This document shows positions 11,190 to 21,476 of a stretch of DNA of 64,000 nucleotides, one piece after another. The notes beneath the pieces are model-generated. The model saw only the letters and a program-made list of their open reading frames with translations. It was not told where the DNA came from and made no database searches. A program made the position numbers and the translations under genes. Numbering within the stretch: the stretch's first letter is position 1; every line of letters begins with the position of its first letter. The stretch covers positions 800,001-864,000 of the forward strand of contig CAWBKB010000001.1 in the NCBI GenBank assembly GCA_963789265.1, written 5' to 3'. This DNA is from an uncultured delta proteobacterium (GTDB lineage: Bacteria; Desulfobacterota; Desulfomonilia; Desulfomonilales; Desulfomonilaceae).

Positions 11190-12662
11190 ATGAAAGCACT
11201 ACTAGTCTATCCTTCGATACCCGATACATTCTGGAGCTTCAAGCACGTACTGAAGTTCATCCACAAACGGGCCGCTCATGTCCCCCTAGGATTGTTGACC
11301 GTAGGAGGAATGATGCCCCACGACTGGGAAGTGCGTCTCATCGATATGAACGTGGAAACGCTTACGGATGAATGCATTGGGTGGGCCGACATGGTGTTCA
11401 TCGGGGCTATGGTGGTTCAAAAGGAATCCGTACGGGAAGTCGTAACGCGATGCAGCGCGTTGGGCAAACCCACCGTGGCCGGCGGCCCTCTTTTTGCGAG
11501 TTGCTCGGACGAATACCCTGAGATCGATCATTTCGTGCTTAATGAGGCTGAAATCACGCTACCAATGTTCCTTAAGGACCTTGCTGCGGGGAACCCGCGC
11601 CGACTTTACGCAACCCAAGAAAAGCCGGACATCACCCGTACCCCATTGCCCCGGTGGGATCTCATAAACATGAAGTATTACGCTTCCATGTCGGTGCAAT
11701 ATTCAAGGGGATGCCCTTTTGACTGTGAGTTCTGCGACATCGTCAACCTTAACGGCCGCAAGCCGCGGGTGAAATCCAACGACCAAATGATTCGGGAATT
11801 GCAACGACTCTACGATTTAGGCTGGCGCGGACGCCTCTTCATAGTTGACGACAACTTTATCGGGAATCATACGAAGGTGAAATCGTTGCTCAGGAGCCTT
11901 ATTCCCTGGCAAGAGGCCAAACGTTACCCCTTTTCGCTATTCACGGAAGCCTCGGTGAATCTCGCTCAGGACGAACAACTGATGAAACTCATGGCGTCCG
12001 CGGGCTTCGATGCTGTATTTCTGGGATTGGAGACACCTGCGGAGGAATGTTTGGCTGAATGCGGAAAGCACCAGAACTGCTCCATTGACCTCCTGGAGGC
12101 AGTTAAGACAATTCAAAGAAACGGCATGGAGGTTATGGGGGGCTTTATTATCGGTTTTGACAACGATCCACCCAACATCTTCGAGCGTCAAATCAAGTTC
12201 ATCCAGAACAGCGGAGTCGTCAAAGCGATGATCGGCCTCTTGAATGCCATCCCGGGCACCAGGCTGTACCAACGTCTGAAAGCGGAAGGGCGGCTGCTCA
12301 AGGATTGCACGGGGGACAACTGTGATGGGTCGTTGAACTTTGTGCCCAAGATGGATGCGCAAACTGTGAGAGAAGGGTACCAGGCAGTTTTGAATTGTGT
12401 CTATTCACCCAAAGAATACTATAACCGGATCCTGGAATTCCTTAAAGATTATAAGCCGATCCGTCGCAGACGGTTGAACCGGAATGAAATAATGGCTTTC
12501 TTGAAGTCTATAGTTTACTTGGGAATTTTGGACAAAGGTAAGAGCAAGATCTATTACTGGAAGCTCTTGATCAAGGCGTTTCTATTTCACCGACGATCTT
12601 TCGGGGAGGCTGTCTCCAGTGCGATTTACGGGTACCATTTCCGAAAGTTGCTGAGCAAATAA
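11190..12662 (+). CDS. Cobalamin-binding radical SAM protein (DUF4070-type, class B methylase-like)
   Basis: N-terminal B12-binding region (PLGLLTV, VAGGP), SRGCPFDCEFC, FIIGFD. Confidence 0.88.
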   Translation: MKALLVYPSIPDTFWSFKHVLKFIHKRAAHVPLGLLTVGGMMPHDWEVRLIDMNVETLTDECIGWADMVFIGAMVVQKESVREVVTRCSALGKPTVAGGPLFASCSDEYPEIDHFVLNEAEITLPMFLKDLAAGNPRRLYATQEKPDITRTPLPRWDLINMKYYASMSVQYSRGCPFDCEFCDIVNLNGRKPRVKSNDQMIRELQRLYDLGWRGRLFIVDDNFIGNHTKVKSLLRSLIPWQEAKRYPFSLFTEASVNLAQDEQLMKLMASAGFDAVFLGLETPAEECLAECGKHQNCSIDLLEAVKTIQRNGMEVMGGFIIGFDNDPPNIFERQIKFIQNSGVVKAMIGLLNAIPGTRLYQRLKAEGRLLKDCTGDNCDGSLNFVPKMDAQTVREGYQAVLNCVYSPKEYYNRILEFLKDYKPIRRRRLNRNEIMAFLKSIVYLGILDKGKSKIYYWKLLIKAFLFHRRSFGEAVSSAIYGYHFRKLLSK

Positions 12663-12701
12663 GAGACTTCAGAGAGTGGGAAGCGGGGCGAACATTCAAC
12701 T

Positions 12702-13385
12702 CTATGCCGTGTAGCCTTCTCCTCTCCTCACAAATACCTCGTGGTCCAACTCCATCCTCCAAACGTCGTTCTCAAGGTACGGGCGTTTGTCAATGTGCCA
12801 GGTTTCCCACAGCCCAGCTATGCCTATCGAGAGGGATTCATCCTCGATACGCACATGTCCGCCGGTGAGAGCGGTGTGCCGACTTCTGAAATCACCCTGT
12901 CCATTTGGCCGAATAACTATACGGGTTCCTGTTTTGCCCACCCATTCGCCCGCAAAAACAAGCTGATCCGGTCGGAGCGGAGTGCTCCTCCAAGTCCAGA
13001 CAAGGTCTTGGACTCGGTGCTGGGCGATGAGCCCCACGAAGATAAATGTTGCGGCGAACAAACAGGTTCCTACGATCCCGAGCGCTTTCCCCACTTTCAA
13101 GGTGCCGATCTTCCGCGATGACATTAGCCCCCTACGGATCCGCTTCAGATCGGAATTTCCCATGATCCAGGCCACAATCCCTAGCGGTCCGCACATGAAC
13201 AGCGAGATAATTCCTAGGAGGAGCACTAATTCCGCATGGTTACTCCGCAACTGCGGAGCCGCTCCGATATGGTCGCCGGGACTGAGCTCCGGGCCCCACG
13301 GATCATTTGGTGCCGTTGTAAAACCTGAGCCGCAATCGCGGGATGAAGAATCAGAACTTTTGTCTTCATTCATTATTCGTTCCAT
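12702..13385 (-). CDS. DUF4190-like membrane protein
   Basis: LVLLLGIISLFMCGPLGIVAWIMG..DL..I and GKALGIVG TM pair; start uncertain. Confidence 0.7.
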   Translation of the reverse strand: MERIMNEDKSSDSSSRDCGSGFTTAPNDPWGPELSPGDHIGAAPQLRSNHAELVLLLGIISLFMCGPLGIVAWIMGNSDLKRIRRGLMSSRKIGTLKVGKALGIVGTCLFAATFIFVGLIAQHRVQDLVWTWRSTPLRPDQLVFAGEWVGKTGTRIVIRPNGQGDFRSRHTALTGGHVRIEDESLSIGIAGLWETWHIDKRPYLENDVWRMELDHEVFVRRGEGYTA

Positions 13386-13865
13386 GCAAACCGGGACCTC
13401 AATTTTCCGGCTCATTGGATAGGAGACCGGCCGGGGAACCAACGAGCGGCAAAACCTGGTCTGGTGGGTCGTAACGCGAATTGGCTGGAAATCAACCGAA
13501 TACCCAAAAAGAAGCCCGACGGATGTGACAAAAGGGTATGGCTCCAAACAAGGAGGATACGGTCGTCCCGCCGGGCGAATTGCAAGGCTAGCGCGTGTAT
13601 GATAAACGTCGTCAAAAAGCATGTCAAGAACTAACTGAAAGACATATTGAAACAACGCGCTATCAGAAGACATATTTCCCGGAATCATTGCATATCGGAA
13701 CCTGGTCTTGTTTCTTGACTTGTTCCCTTCGCGCTATACAATCCCGCTCACTGTGGAGTAAAGGGAGTCCAACATGAGAGGCAATCTCCCTGCTGCAAGA
13801 AGCGAGACATAACCCCATGACACACATGGATCAGATGACGTGTTAGGTAATTGAGACTCTATGAC

Positions 13866-14405
13866 ATGAACATTATCCAAGCCTACGGGACCGTTGACGA
13901 ACTATTTGGGAAATGGAAGCCATATCTTGGACGGGACTATCATGCCTATCGGAACCATGCATATCGCGTCTTCAATCTTTCACGTGCATTAGCGGGGTGC
14001 TCAGAGGACGATCAAGAGAAATTGGCTCTAGCATCTGCGTTCCACGACATCGGCATCTGGCTGGACGACACCTTTGACTATCTGGATCCGTCTGTTCGAA
14101 GGGCGGTAGACTACCTTTCAAGAATTGGCCGCGAATCCTGGTCTGAATGCATTGCTGAAATAATTTATCAACATCATAAGATATTTCCATGGCATGGACG
14201 GGAACAGCATCTCGTCGAGTCTTTTCGAAGAGCCGACTGGCTTGATGTTTGTCTCTTCTCACTTCCAACGCGATTGGAAAGATCCTTCCTGAGGGAAGTC
14301 CTACATACGTTTCCACGACACGGGTTTCATGGTCGATTGGTCCTTCTCACTCTTTATTGGTCCCGTAAACATCCGTTTAACCCATTCCCTATGTTCAGGT
14401 TGTGA
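13866..14405 (+). CDS. HD-domain phosphohydrolase-like protein
   Basis: YRNHAYRV, AFHDIG, HHK, RRADW. Confidence 0.8.
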   Translation: MNIIQAYGTVDELFGKWKPYLGRDYHAYRNHAYRVFNLSRALAGCSEDDQEKLALASAFHDIGIWLDDTFDYLDPSVRRAVDYLSRIGRESWSECIAEIIYQHHKIFPWHGREQHLVESFRRADWLDVCLFSLPTRLERSFLREVLHTFPRHGFHGRLVLLTLYWSRKHPFNPFPMFRL

Positions 14406-14637
14406 GGCGCCTAATTTTCGTTCAAGCAGACGAGCAGGCACAGTTCATAAGTTTTGTCGCGATTCTCTGCTCTCGCTAGCTTGCCACCCAATCGGCACTT
14501 GATGAGAGATAGACGATACGGCATGTGCCCCGCGCGATTGTGTGAGGAAGTTCCTGTATCTTGACTTGTGCCTATTGCGTGAACGGTTCCACTCACCGCG
14601 GAGTAATTTGTGCCCCCATGACTATGAAGGCCCTCTA

Positions 14638-15393
14638 TCAGAAGACATATTTCTCGGAATTGCGAATCATTCTAACCAACACCGGATGAAGAAGGCCCAC
14701 CGATTGCCTGAAAGCCTTCAAGAATGACCACCAATTCAACATTGCCGCAAGATTTGTTCGCAACTCGAGAGGCCGGTGCAAGAATACTTTAGCTCCGGGC
14801 CAATGAGCTAGAGGTGGAGAATCGAGGTCGTCTGAAATCACACGTAGGGATGTGAAAGGCACGGTCAAGCGCCTGGCTTCCAAACCGATGGCGTGACTCT
14901 CCATGTCTACAGCCTCAGCCCCGGTGGTGTTGTGCAAACTCTGACGCTCCTCACGAGCGAATACTGCATTCCGAACTGTGACGAGGCGAGTAACTTTCCA
15001 GGGTAGACCTTCTCCGTGGCATGCCGCGGCAACGGCTTCGACGGCAGGTGAGTGCCATTTGCAGATGCTGTCCGGATCATGGCCGAATAGCGTTTCGGAA
15101 GAGATTACCAGATGACCGACCTTAAGATGAGAGACAAGGCCCCCGGCGGACCCGACGCATAGGATTGTTGAGGGTCTGACATCCAGGTTTCTGACGGATG
15201 CCGCTGCCTTGTCCGGGCCGATGCCGCATCGCACGATCAATAGTCGGTTGCCTTCGAAAAAGGCTTCCCTGTAGGTCGCCTTTCCTCTCTTCCACCGGCG
15301 CCGCACCTCCACTCTATGAATGAACTGGTGCGCCTCAATGCCCATGGGGAAGATAAGGCAGAGCAGACCATTTTCCTTGTTCGCTGCAGACAT
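14638..15393 (-). CDS. Nucleoside phosphorylase / MTA-SAH nucleosidase family protein
   Basis: CGIG, GSAGG, AVDMES, LRVISD. Confidence 0.85.
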   Translation of the reverse strand: MSAANKENGLLCLIFPMGIEAHQFIHRVEVRRRWKRGKATYREAFFEGNRLLIVRCGIGPDKAAASVRNLDVRPSTILCVGSAGGLVSHLKVGHLVISSETLFGHDPDSICKWHSPAVEAVAAACHGEGLPWKVTRLVTVRNAVFAREERQSLHNTTGAEAVDMESHAIGLEARRLTVPFTSLRVISDDLDSPPLAHWPGAKVFLHRPLELRTNLAAMLNWWSFLKAFRQSVGLLHPVLVRMIRNSEKYVF

Positions 15394-15435
15394 AGCAGTA
15401 TATAGTAGATGAATCATGAGCCGGAAGCTATAGCT

Positions 15436-15939
15436 ATGTCTCCCGTAGATCTGGACCCGATCGACAAAAAAATCTTGGTGGCGCTCCAGGGCGACTTAGA
15501 CAGTTCAACGGAACCGTATGCCAGGATCGCCTCGTACGCGAATGTGTCGGAAGCGGAAGTGATTCGCCGCATAAAGAGGATGCTGGAAGAGGGCATCATC
15601 CGTAGAATCGGGGCCATGATACGACATATCGAAGCAGGGATCGGTTTCAACGGGATGATAGTCTGGAAGGTTGAACCACACAGAATAGATGAGGTGGGGC
15701 ATGCTATGGCCGAGTTCCCCGAAGTTACCCATTGTTACGAAAGGCCTCCTTTCGGGAAGCACGGGGGAACCCTCTTCACCATGGTCCATGCCTCGTCGCA
15801 AAGAGGCTGTCTCGAGATTGTGGAGCTTATGTCGGAAAAGACAGGTATCAAGGATTACGAAATCCTTTTCAGTGAACGAGAACTGAAAAAGGTCAGCATG
15901 ACCTATTTTGGCAATGAAGACCCCGAACAGGATGACTGA
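15436..15939 (+). CDS. ahbB: Siroheme decarboxylase beta subunit (AhbB/NirH, Lrp/AsnC fold)
   Basis: LQGDL..EPYA.IA, GIIRRIGA..RH..AG, VTHCYER, LFTMVH, ELKKVS; adjacent to hemL. Confidence 0.8.
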   Translation: MSPVDLDPIDKKILVALQGDLDSSTEPYARIASYANVSEAEVIRRIKRMLEEGIIRRIGAMIRHIEAGIGFNGMIVWKVEPHRIDEVGHAMAEFPEVTHCYERPPFGKHGGTLFTMVHASSQRGCLEIVELMSEKTGIKDYEILFSERELKKVSMTYFGNEDPEQDD

Positions 15940-15978
15940 CACCAAAAATAGGCAGTCGTTGAGCAGGCAGGTGGGATT

Positions 15979-16166
15979 TACCGCGGAGGTCGCTGAGACC
16001 GGAGAGAGGAAGAATGTCTCGCACAACACCATGTAAGCCACGCCACCGCTGTGCGCGGTTAGGCCGGAATTGGATTCATTGTCGCAGACCTCAGTTCGCG
16101 AAATCTCATTTCACAGAAATGCAAACAAAACAGAATCCTCTGCGTTCTCGGCGCTCTCCGCGGTGA
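15979..16166. repeat. Imperfect inverted pair of ACCGCGGAG..GAG..GAG repeats
   Basis: accgcggaggtcgctgagaccggagagagga (~15980) versus tcctctgcgttctcggcgctctccgcggtga (~16136-16166). Confidence 0.55.
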
Positions 16167-16203
16167 ACGATTGCGAAAACAGAAGAATTAGGATGAGTAG
16201 CTG

Positions 16204-17484
16204 ATGAGCATCACCAAGATGTCCGAAGCTCTTTTTGATGAGGCGGAAACAATCATCCCGGGAGGGGTAAATTCGCCGGTACGTGCCTTCAAGGCAGTGG
16301 GGCTTCCGCCGCGTTTCATTCGATCCGGCCGAGGTTCAAGGATTGTCGACGAAGACGGGAACGAGTTTATCGATTATGTCGGCTCCTGGGGCCCGATGAT
16401 CCTTGGGCACGCCCATCCGGAAATCCTGGAAGCCGTCGAGACCGCGATGAGGAGCGGGACCTCGTTCGGTGCTCCTACACGCCGCGAAGTCGAAATGGCC
16501 AAGATCATCACCGAAATGGTCCCGTCCGTCGAGATGGTCAGGCTGGTCAATTCAGGGACCGAGGCCGCCATGAGTGCAATTCGCCTGGCCCGCGGCTACA
16601 CCGGCAGGGACACGATCATCAAATTCTCCGGTTGTTACCACGGCCATAGTGACAGCTTACTTGCTCGGGCAGGCTCGGGGGCGGCAACCTTCGCAATTCC
16701 CGATTCACTCGGGGTGCCGGGGAGTGTCGTGGAACAGACGGTAGTTGTCCCCTACAATGACTTGTCGGCTGTTCGCCTTCAGGTAGAAGAGAATCCGAAC
16801 CGGCTTGCTGCCGTGATAGTGGAACCAATAGCAGGCAACATGGGGGTAGTGCCGCCGCGAGAAGGTTTTTTGCGTGGCCTGAGAGACCTTTGCAGCCGGG
16901 ATGGAGCGCTCCTGATTTTTGACGAAGTCATCACCGGGTTCAGGGTGGGGCCTGGAGGAGCTCAGAAGCTGTACGGAATTAAACCCGATCTGACCTGCCT
17001 GGGGAAAATCATTGGCGGCGGCCTGCCGGCAGCAGCGTTCGGCGGGCCGAAGGCCATTATGGAATATCTGGCACCGGTCGGTGGGGTGTATCAAGCAGGG
17101 ACTCTCTCGGGAAATCCGCTGGCCGTCGCCGCCGGGCTAGCCACGCTCAAGGTCCTCCGGCGAGATAACCCCTACCCGGAACTTGAAAGGAAAGCGGCCT
17201 TGCTCTCAACGGGAATAAAGGAGATCCTTACGCGCAAGAGTGTTGCTCACACGGTCAACAGAGTGGGGTCTATGCTATCCCTCTTCTTCCATTCCGGTCC
17301 GGTAAATTCTTATGAGGAAGCATTGCAATCCGATAAAGAGGCTTTCAGGCAGTTCTTCGCTAAGATGCTGGACAACGGCATTTATTTGGCCCCATCTCCT
17401 TTTGAGGCATGGTTTGTAAATGCGTCGCACACGGAGGAGGACATCGAGAGGACGGTGGGGGCGGTCGAAAAGAGCCTCCAATAG
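16204..17484 (+). CDS. hemL: Glutamate-1-semialdehyde 2,1-aminomutase
   Basis: PGGVNSPVRAF, FDEVITGFR, LGKIIGGGLP, YQAGTLSGNP. Confidence 0.97.
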   Translation: MSITKMSEALFDEAETIIPGGVNSPVRAFKAVGLPPRFIRSGRGSRIVDEDGNEFIDYVGSWGPMILGHAHPEILEAVETAMRSGTSFGAPTRREVEMAKIITEMVPSVEMVRLVNSGTEAAMSAIRLARGYTGRDTIIKFSGCYHGHSDSLLARAGSGAATFAIPDSLGVPGSVVEQTVVVPYNDLSAVRLQVEENPNRLAAVIVEPIAGNMGVVPPREGFLRGLRDLCSRDGALLIFDEVITGFRVGPGGAQKLYGIKPDLTCLGKIIGGGLPAAAFGGPKAIMEYLAPVGGVYQAGTLSGNPLAVAAGLATLKVLRRDNPYPELERKAALLSTGIKEILTRKSVAHTVNRVGSMLSLFFHSGPVNSYEEALQSDKEAFRQFFAKMLDNGIYLAPSPFEAWFVNASHTEEDIERTVGAVEKSLQ

Positions 17485-17535
17485 TTGCACGCGGGCTGGT
17501 AGCTCGCGCTGCGTAGCATCAAAATAAAAAAAATG

Positions 17536-17550
17536 TGGCACCACCTTTGT
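17536..17550 (+). promoter_or_regulatory. Possible sigma-54 -24/-12 element upstream of the hydrogenase
   Basis: TGGCACC-ACCT-TTGT: correct spacing but GT instead of GC at -12. Confidence 0.3.
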
Positions 17551-17778
17551 TACTACAGAATTCCCTTGATTTCGGCTCTTATTCACGATAGTGTACAAAG
17601 ATGCGTAAGGATACGCTCTCTATAATAGTGTTGTGTTTGACGGCGTTTCTAAATCCACAGCTACAAATCAACTTTTGACCCAGGGGCTCGAACTGTCGAG
17701 AGGTGTACCTGACTCCTGATTGAGACCTCGCGCCGGGACGAGGCAGGGCAGTATCAAAGAGTCCATGCAAGGAGGTTA

Positions 17779-18723
17779 ATGATGGACAAGTCTATTGACG
17801 TTCCCGAAAGGTTGGCACTGAAGGGCGTTGGCCGCAGGGACTTCATGAAGTTCTGCGGATTCGTGGCGACCGTTTTAGGCCTTCCCATGACCTTTGCTCC
17901 GCGTATAGCTGAGGCTATGGCAACCAAGCAGCGTCCCACGGTGATTTGGCTGAGTATGGCGGAATGCACCGGTTGCACAGAATCCCTTCTCCGCACTGCT
18001 AATCCCTGGATAGCGGACATCATCCTGGATACCATCGACCTGGCCTATCATGAGACGGTCATGGCCGCGGCCGGGCAGCAGGCGGAGCAAGTTCTCGAAG
18101 ACACAATTAAAAAGTACAAAGGTAAGTACATTTGCATCGTGGATGGGTCGATCCCCACAAAGGACAACGGCGCGTACGGCAGGGTCGGCGGAAAAACGAT
18201 GATGGAGATCGTTAAGAATGGCGCGAAGAATGCCGCGGCCGTGATCTGTGTGGGAAATTGTGCCAGCTACGGCGGTATACCTGCGGCCAAACCCAATCCC
18301 ACGGAAGCAAAAACAGTAACAGAAGTAACCGGAGTTAAGACGGTCAACCTCGCGGGTTGCCCGCCCAATGCCGATAACATTGTGGCGACGATTGTTCATT
18401 TTCTCCTGCTGGGCAAACTCCCTGCACTTGATAAGCATGGGAGGCCTCTGTTCGCCTACGGTCAACTAATTCACGACAATTGCGAACGAAGGGGACATTT
18501 TGAAGCTGAAGAGTTTGTGAAGGAATTCGGTGATGAAGGCGCGGCCAAAGGCTGGTGCCTCCGGAAGGTAGGCTGCAACGGTCCTGAGACGCACAGCAAT
18601 TGTCCGAAGATCCGGTGGAACCAGGGGACCAACTGGCCGATCGGCGCGGGCCATCCATGCATTGGGTGCATGGAACCACACTTCTGGGACAACATGAGTC
18701 CTTTCTATGTTGAACGAAGCTAG
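17779..18723 (+). CDS. Periplasmic group 1 [NiFe] hydrogenase small subunit (Tat-exported, no C-terminal anchor)
   Basis: RRDFMK twin-arginine signal, ECTGC, GNCA, GCPP, HDNC..WCL..GC.GP, GHPCIGC. Confidence 0.95.
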   Translation: MMDKSIDVPERLALKGVGRRDFMKFCGFVATVLGLPMTFAPRIAEAMATKQRPTVIWLSMAECTGCTESLLRTANPWIADIILDTIDLAYHETVMAAAGQQAEQVLEDTIKKYKGKYICIVDGSIPTKDNGAYGRVGGKTMMEIVKNGAKNAAAVICVGNCASYGGIPAAKPNPTEAKTVTEVTGVKTVNLAGCPPNADNIVATIVHFLLLGKLPALDKHGRPLFAYGQLIHDNCERRGHFEAEEFVKEFGDEGAAKGWCLRKVGCNGPETHSNCPKIRWNQGTNWPIGAGHPCIGCMEPHFWDNMSPFYVERS

Positions 18724-18776
18724 GTTCAGTACAAATGTCACCCAATGAAGTGAGTTTTTAGAAAAGGAGCGAAACA

Positions 18777-20445
18777 ATGGCAAGAGTCGTCGTTGACCCC
18801 ATTCCGAGGATTGAGGGTCACCTGCGCATAGAGGTAGAAGTACAGAATGGCAAGGTGAAGGACGCTTGGAGCAGTGGAACGCTCTTCAGGGGGATTGAAA
18901 TAATTCTACAGGGACGTGACCCTCGGGATGCCCACCTGATTACCCAGCGTTCCTGCGGTGTTTGCACCTTAGTCCACTCGTTGGCCTCCGTCAGAGCGGT
19001 GGAGGATGCTCTCAAGATAAAGATTCCCCCCAATGCCAGAATCATACGTAACTTGACCCACACGCCCCAGAAACATGCACGATCACCCGGTCCATTTTTA
19101 TCAATTGTGTGCCCTGGACTGGGTGGACGTAGTATCGGCCCTTCACGCGAACCCAAAGAAGACCGCAGATCTCTCCAACGCGGTCAGCGGCCGGCCTCAG
19201 AGCGCGAAGTATTACGAAGCTCTCAAAGGGAAGTTGAAAGCTTTTGTGGACTCCGGCCAACTGGGTCCCTTTGCTAACGCCTATTGGGGCCACCCTGCTT
19301 ACAAGCTTAATCATGAGGCCAATCTGATGGCCGTGGGGCACTATCTGGATAACCTGCGCAACCAGGTTTATGCTGCTCAGCTCACTGCAATTTGGGGCGC
19401 TAAGAACCCACACCTGCAAGGACATCTGCCCGGCGGCGTGACTGTAGCTCAGCAACTTGCCAGCGTGGAATGGATTGCCAAGTACAAATACATGCTCGCC
19501 GAGCAGATCAAGTTCATCGAGCAAGTCTACATTCCGGACATCTTGGCTGTGGCCGGTTTCTACAAAGACTGGACTAAGATCGGGGGAAACAAGAACTTTC
19601 TCTCCTACGGAGATTTTCCTGAAGGCCCAGAGGAACCGGAGAGCTTCTACTTCAAAAGAGGCGCAATTCTGGACGGAAAACTCAATCTTGTGAAAATCGA
19701 CCCGGGGAAAATTACCGAAGAAGTGGCGCACTCCTGGTATGAGGGGGGGAAGCCGTTACATCCTTACTCAGGTGAAACCCTACCGCTTTCGGGTGACAAG
19801 CTCAAGGGAGCGATTCCCGACACCAAAGACCAGAACGGGAAGTACAGTTGGATCAAGTCGCCCAGGTACGACGGGAAGGTCATGGAAGTAGGCCCGCTGG
19901 CTCAGTGCCTGACGTCCTATGTCGGCGGCAACAAGGAGATCAAAGAGAATGTCGACATGGTGTTGAAGAAGCTCAATGCAAAGCCTGATGCGTTATTCTC
20001 CACCTTAGGACGGATAGGGGCCCGCGGTATCAAGTGCCTGGTTAACGCCAGGAGGGCCCAGAAATGGGTTGACGACCTCGTCGCGAACCTTAAGAAGGGT
20101 GACACAAAGACCTTCACATCATACAAGCTCGACGAGAGTTCCAACGGTGAGGGCATGGGTCTAAATGACGTCGCGTGGGGCTCCCTGGGGCACTGGGTCA
20201 TTATAGAGAAAGGCAAGATCAAGAACTACCAGCAAGTTGTTCCGTCCACGTGGAACCTTGGACCCCGGGATGCTAAAGGGCAGAAGGGACCTGTAGAGAA
20301 CGCTCTTATCGGAACCCCCGTTGCCGATCCGAAAAAGCCTCTTGAAATTCTCCGCACAGTCCATTCCTTCGATCCATGCATTGCCTGCGCGATACACGTG
20401 ATCGATCCCCACACAAACGAGGTCTACAAATTCAGGATCTCCTGA
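18777..20445 (+). CDS. Group 1 [NiFe] hydrogenase large subunit, +1 frameshift near 19070
   Basis: RIEGH and L1 QRSCGVC in ORF 18777-19277; [14 protein letters not shown]2 DPCIACAIH plus cleavable tail in ORF 19075-20445. Confidence 0.92.
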
Positions 20446-20466
20446 TAATAGACCGGAACCACTCGC

Positions 20467-20493
20467 AGGGCGGCCGAATGGCCGCCCTTTTTT
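20467..20493 (+). terminator. Rho-independent terminator after the hydrogenase operon
   Basis: AGGGCGGCC-GAAT-GGCCGCCCT followed by a T-run. Confidence 0.85.
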
Positions 20494-20537
20494 GTGTGTG
20501 GAACATGATGCGACCGCTCAGTCTCGCAGATGAGATG

Positions 20538-21311
20538 TTATCCCCATATACGAACGGCATCGGTTGGGCACTTCTTGTGGCATTCCAGACAGGAGATGCA
20601 CTCTTCCGGCCGATCGTCGGAGACCCCGAACTCATTGCTGTCGGGTGCAGTTTCCATAGGACATACCTTGTTGCAGGTCCCACACCCGATGCAGTCCTTT
20701 GTGCGTTCCGGGAAAATGGCTGCGAATCGGTTGAATACTGACAGACACGCCCCGAGAGGACAGATGACTTTGCAGAAGAACCGTCGATGCCCCATGATCA
20801 AGATGATCAATCCAAAGAGGATGGCCAGCCGAACAGAGAGGCTCACGACGTGAGTGGTTCCATTGATTACTGCCCAGGGAATCGCGGATTCAATTGTGGC
20901 CACGGGACAAAGCTTGCAAAAATAAAGCGGCGAGTTTGGGGAGAGGAAATAAGGGACGAGGACCAGAAGGCCCACAAATACTCCGTACTTGATGAATCGT
21001 GTCCAAGAAGGAATTTGAAACTTGACATAAGGCACCTTGTAAAGAAGCTCCTGAGCGAGTCCGAAAGGGCAGGCCCAGCCGCACAGGAACCTTCCCGCCA
21101 ATAGCCCGGCCACTGCTATCCCGCCTACTACACTCAATGGGACGATCCCCAGAGAGACGCACTGGCCGATTACCCCCATGGGGCAGGCAAAAACTGACAC
21201 AGGGCAGGAATGACAGTTAAGGACGGGAAAACATATAAAATGCCACTTGAACAGCCCGATATTGAAAAGGGCTGCCAGGACCACCTGGACCTTTAATCTG
21301 ATTCTTTCCAC
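20538..21311 (-). CDS. Membrane 4Fe-4S polyferredoxin (NapH/MauN/RdxA-like)
   Basis: LNCHSCP..ACP, GRFLCGWACPFG, FCKLCP, RFFCKVICPLG, two CxxCxxCxxxCP motifs, several TM segments. Confidence 0.88.
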   Translation of the reverse strand: MERIRLKVQVVLAALFNIGLFKWHFICFPVLNCHSCPVSVFACPMGVIGQCVSLGIVPLSVVGGIAVAGLLAGRFLCGWACPFGLAQELLYKVPYVKFQIPSWTRFIKYGVFVGLLVLVPYFLSPNSPLYFCKLCPVATIESAIPWAVINGTTHVVSLSVRLAILFGLIILIMGHRRFFCKVICPLGACLSVFNRFAAIFPERTKDCIGCGTCNKVCPMETAPDSNEFGVSDDRPEECISCLECHKKCPTDAVRIWG

Positions 21312-21455
21312 TTTTATGAAACCTTGTCCGGAGCCGCCGAGACTCTTGGAAGTCTTAGCAAACGGACTGGCACGCCTTGATGAAGCGGCTCACGGTCTTT
21401 CGAGATTTCTTGTCGTCGAAGCCGTTTCGAATTCCGGCTTCAGTCCGTAGACGGC

Positions 21456-21471
21456 ACCGCAGACCTGCGGT
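21456..21471 (-). promoter_or_regulatory. Putative bacterial SECIS hairpin
   Basis: Minus strand ACCGCA-GGTC-TGCGGT begins 12 nt after the in-frame TGA; lower stem TAGGCG/CGTCTA; no U-tract. Confidence 0.7.
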
Positions 21472-21476
21472 CGCGC

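Noticed and set aside
13400..13850. Long intergenic region as a riboswitch or ncRNA
   Set aside because: No recognisable conserved motif; would need an Infernal/Rfam scan
20371..20400. [NiFeSe] hydrogenase
   Set aside because: The L2 motif is DPCIAC with TGC codons; there is no in-frame TGA
21456..21471. Hairpin as a Rho-independent terminator
   Set aside because: No U-tract on either strand; position and loop sequence fit a SECIS better
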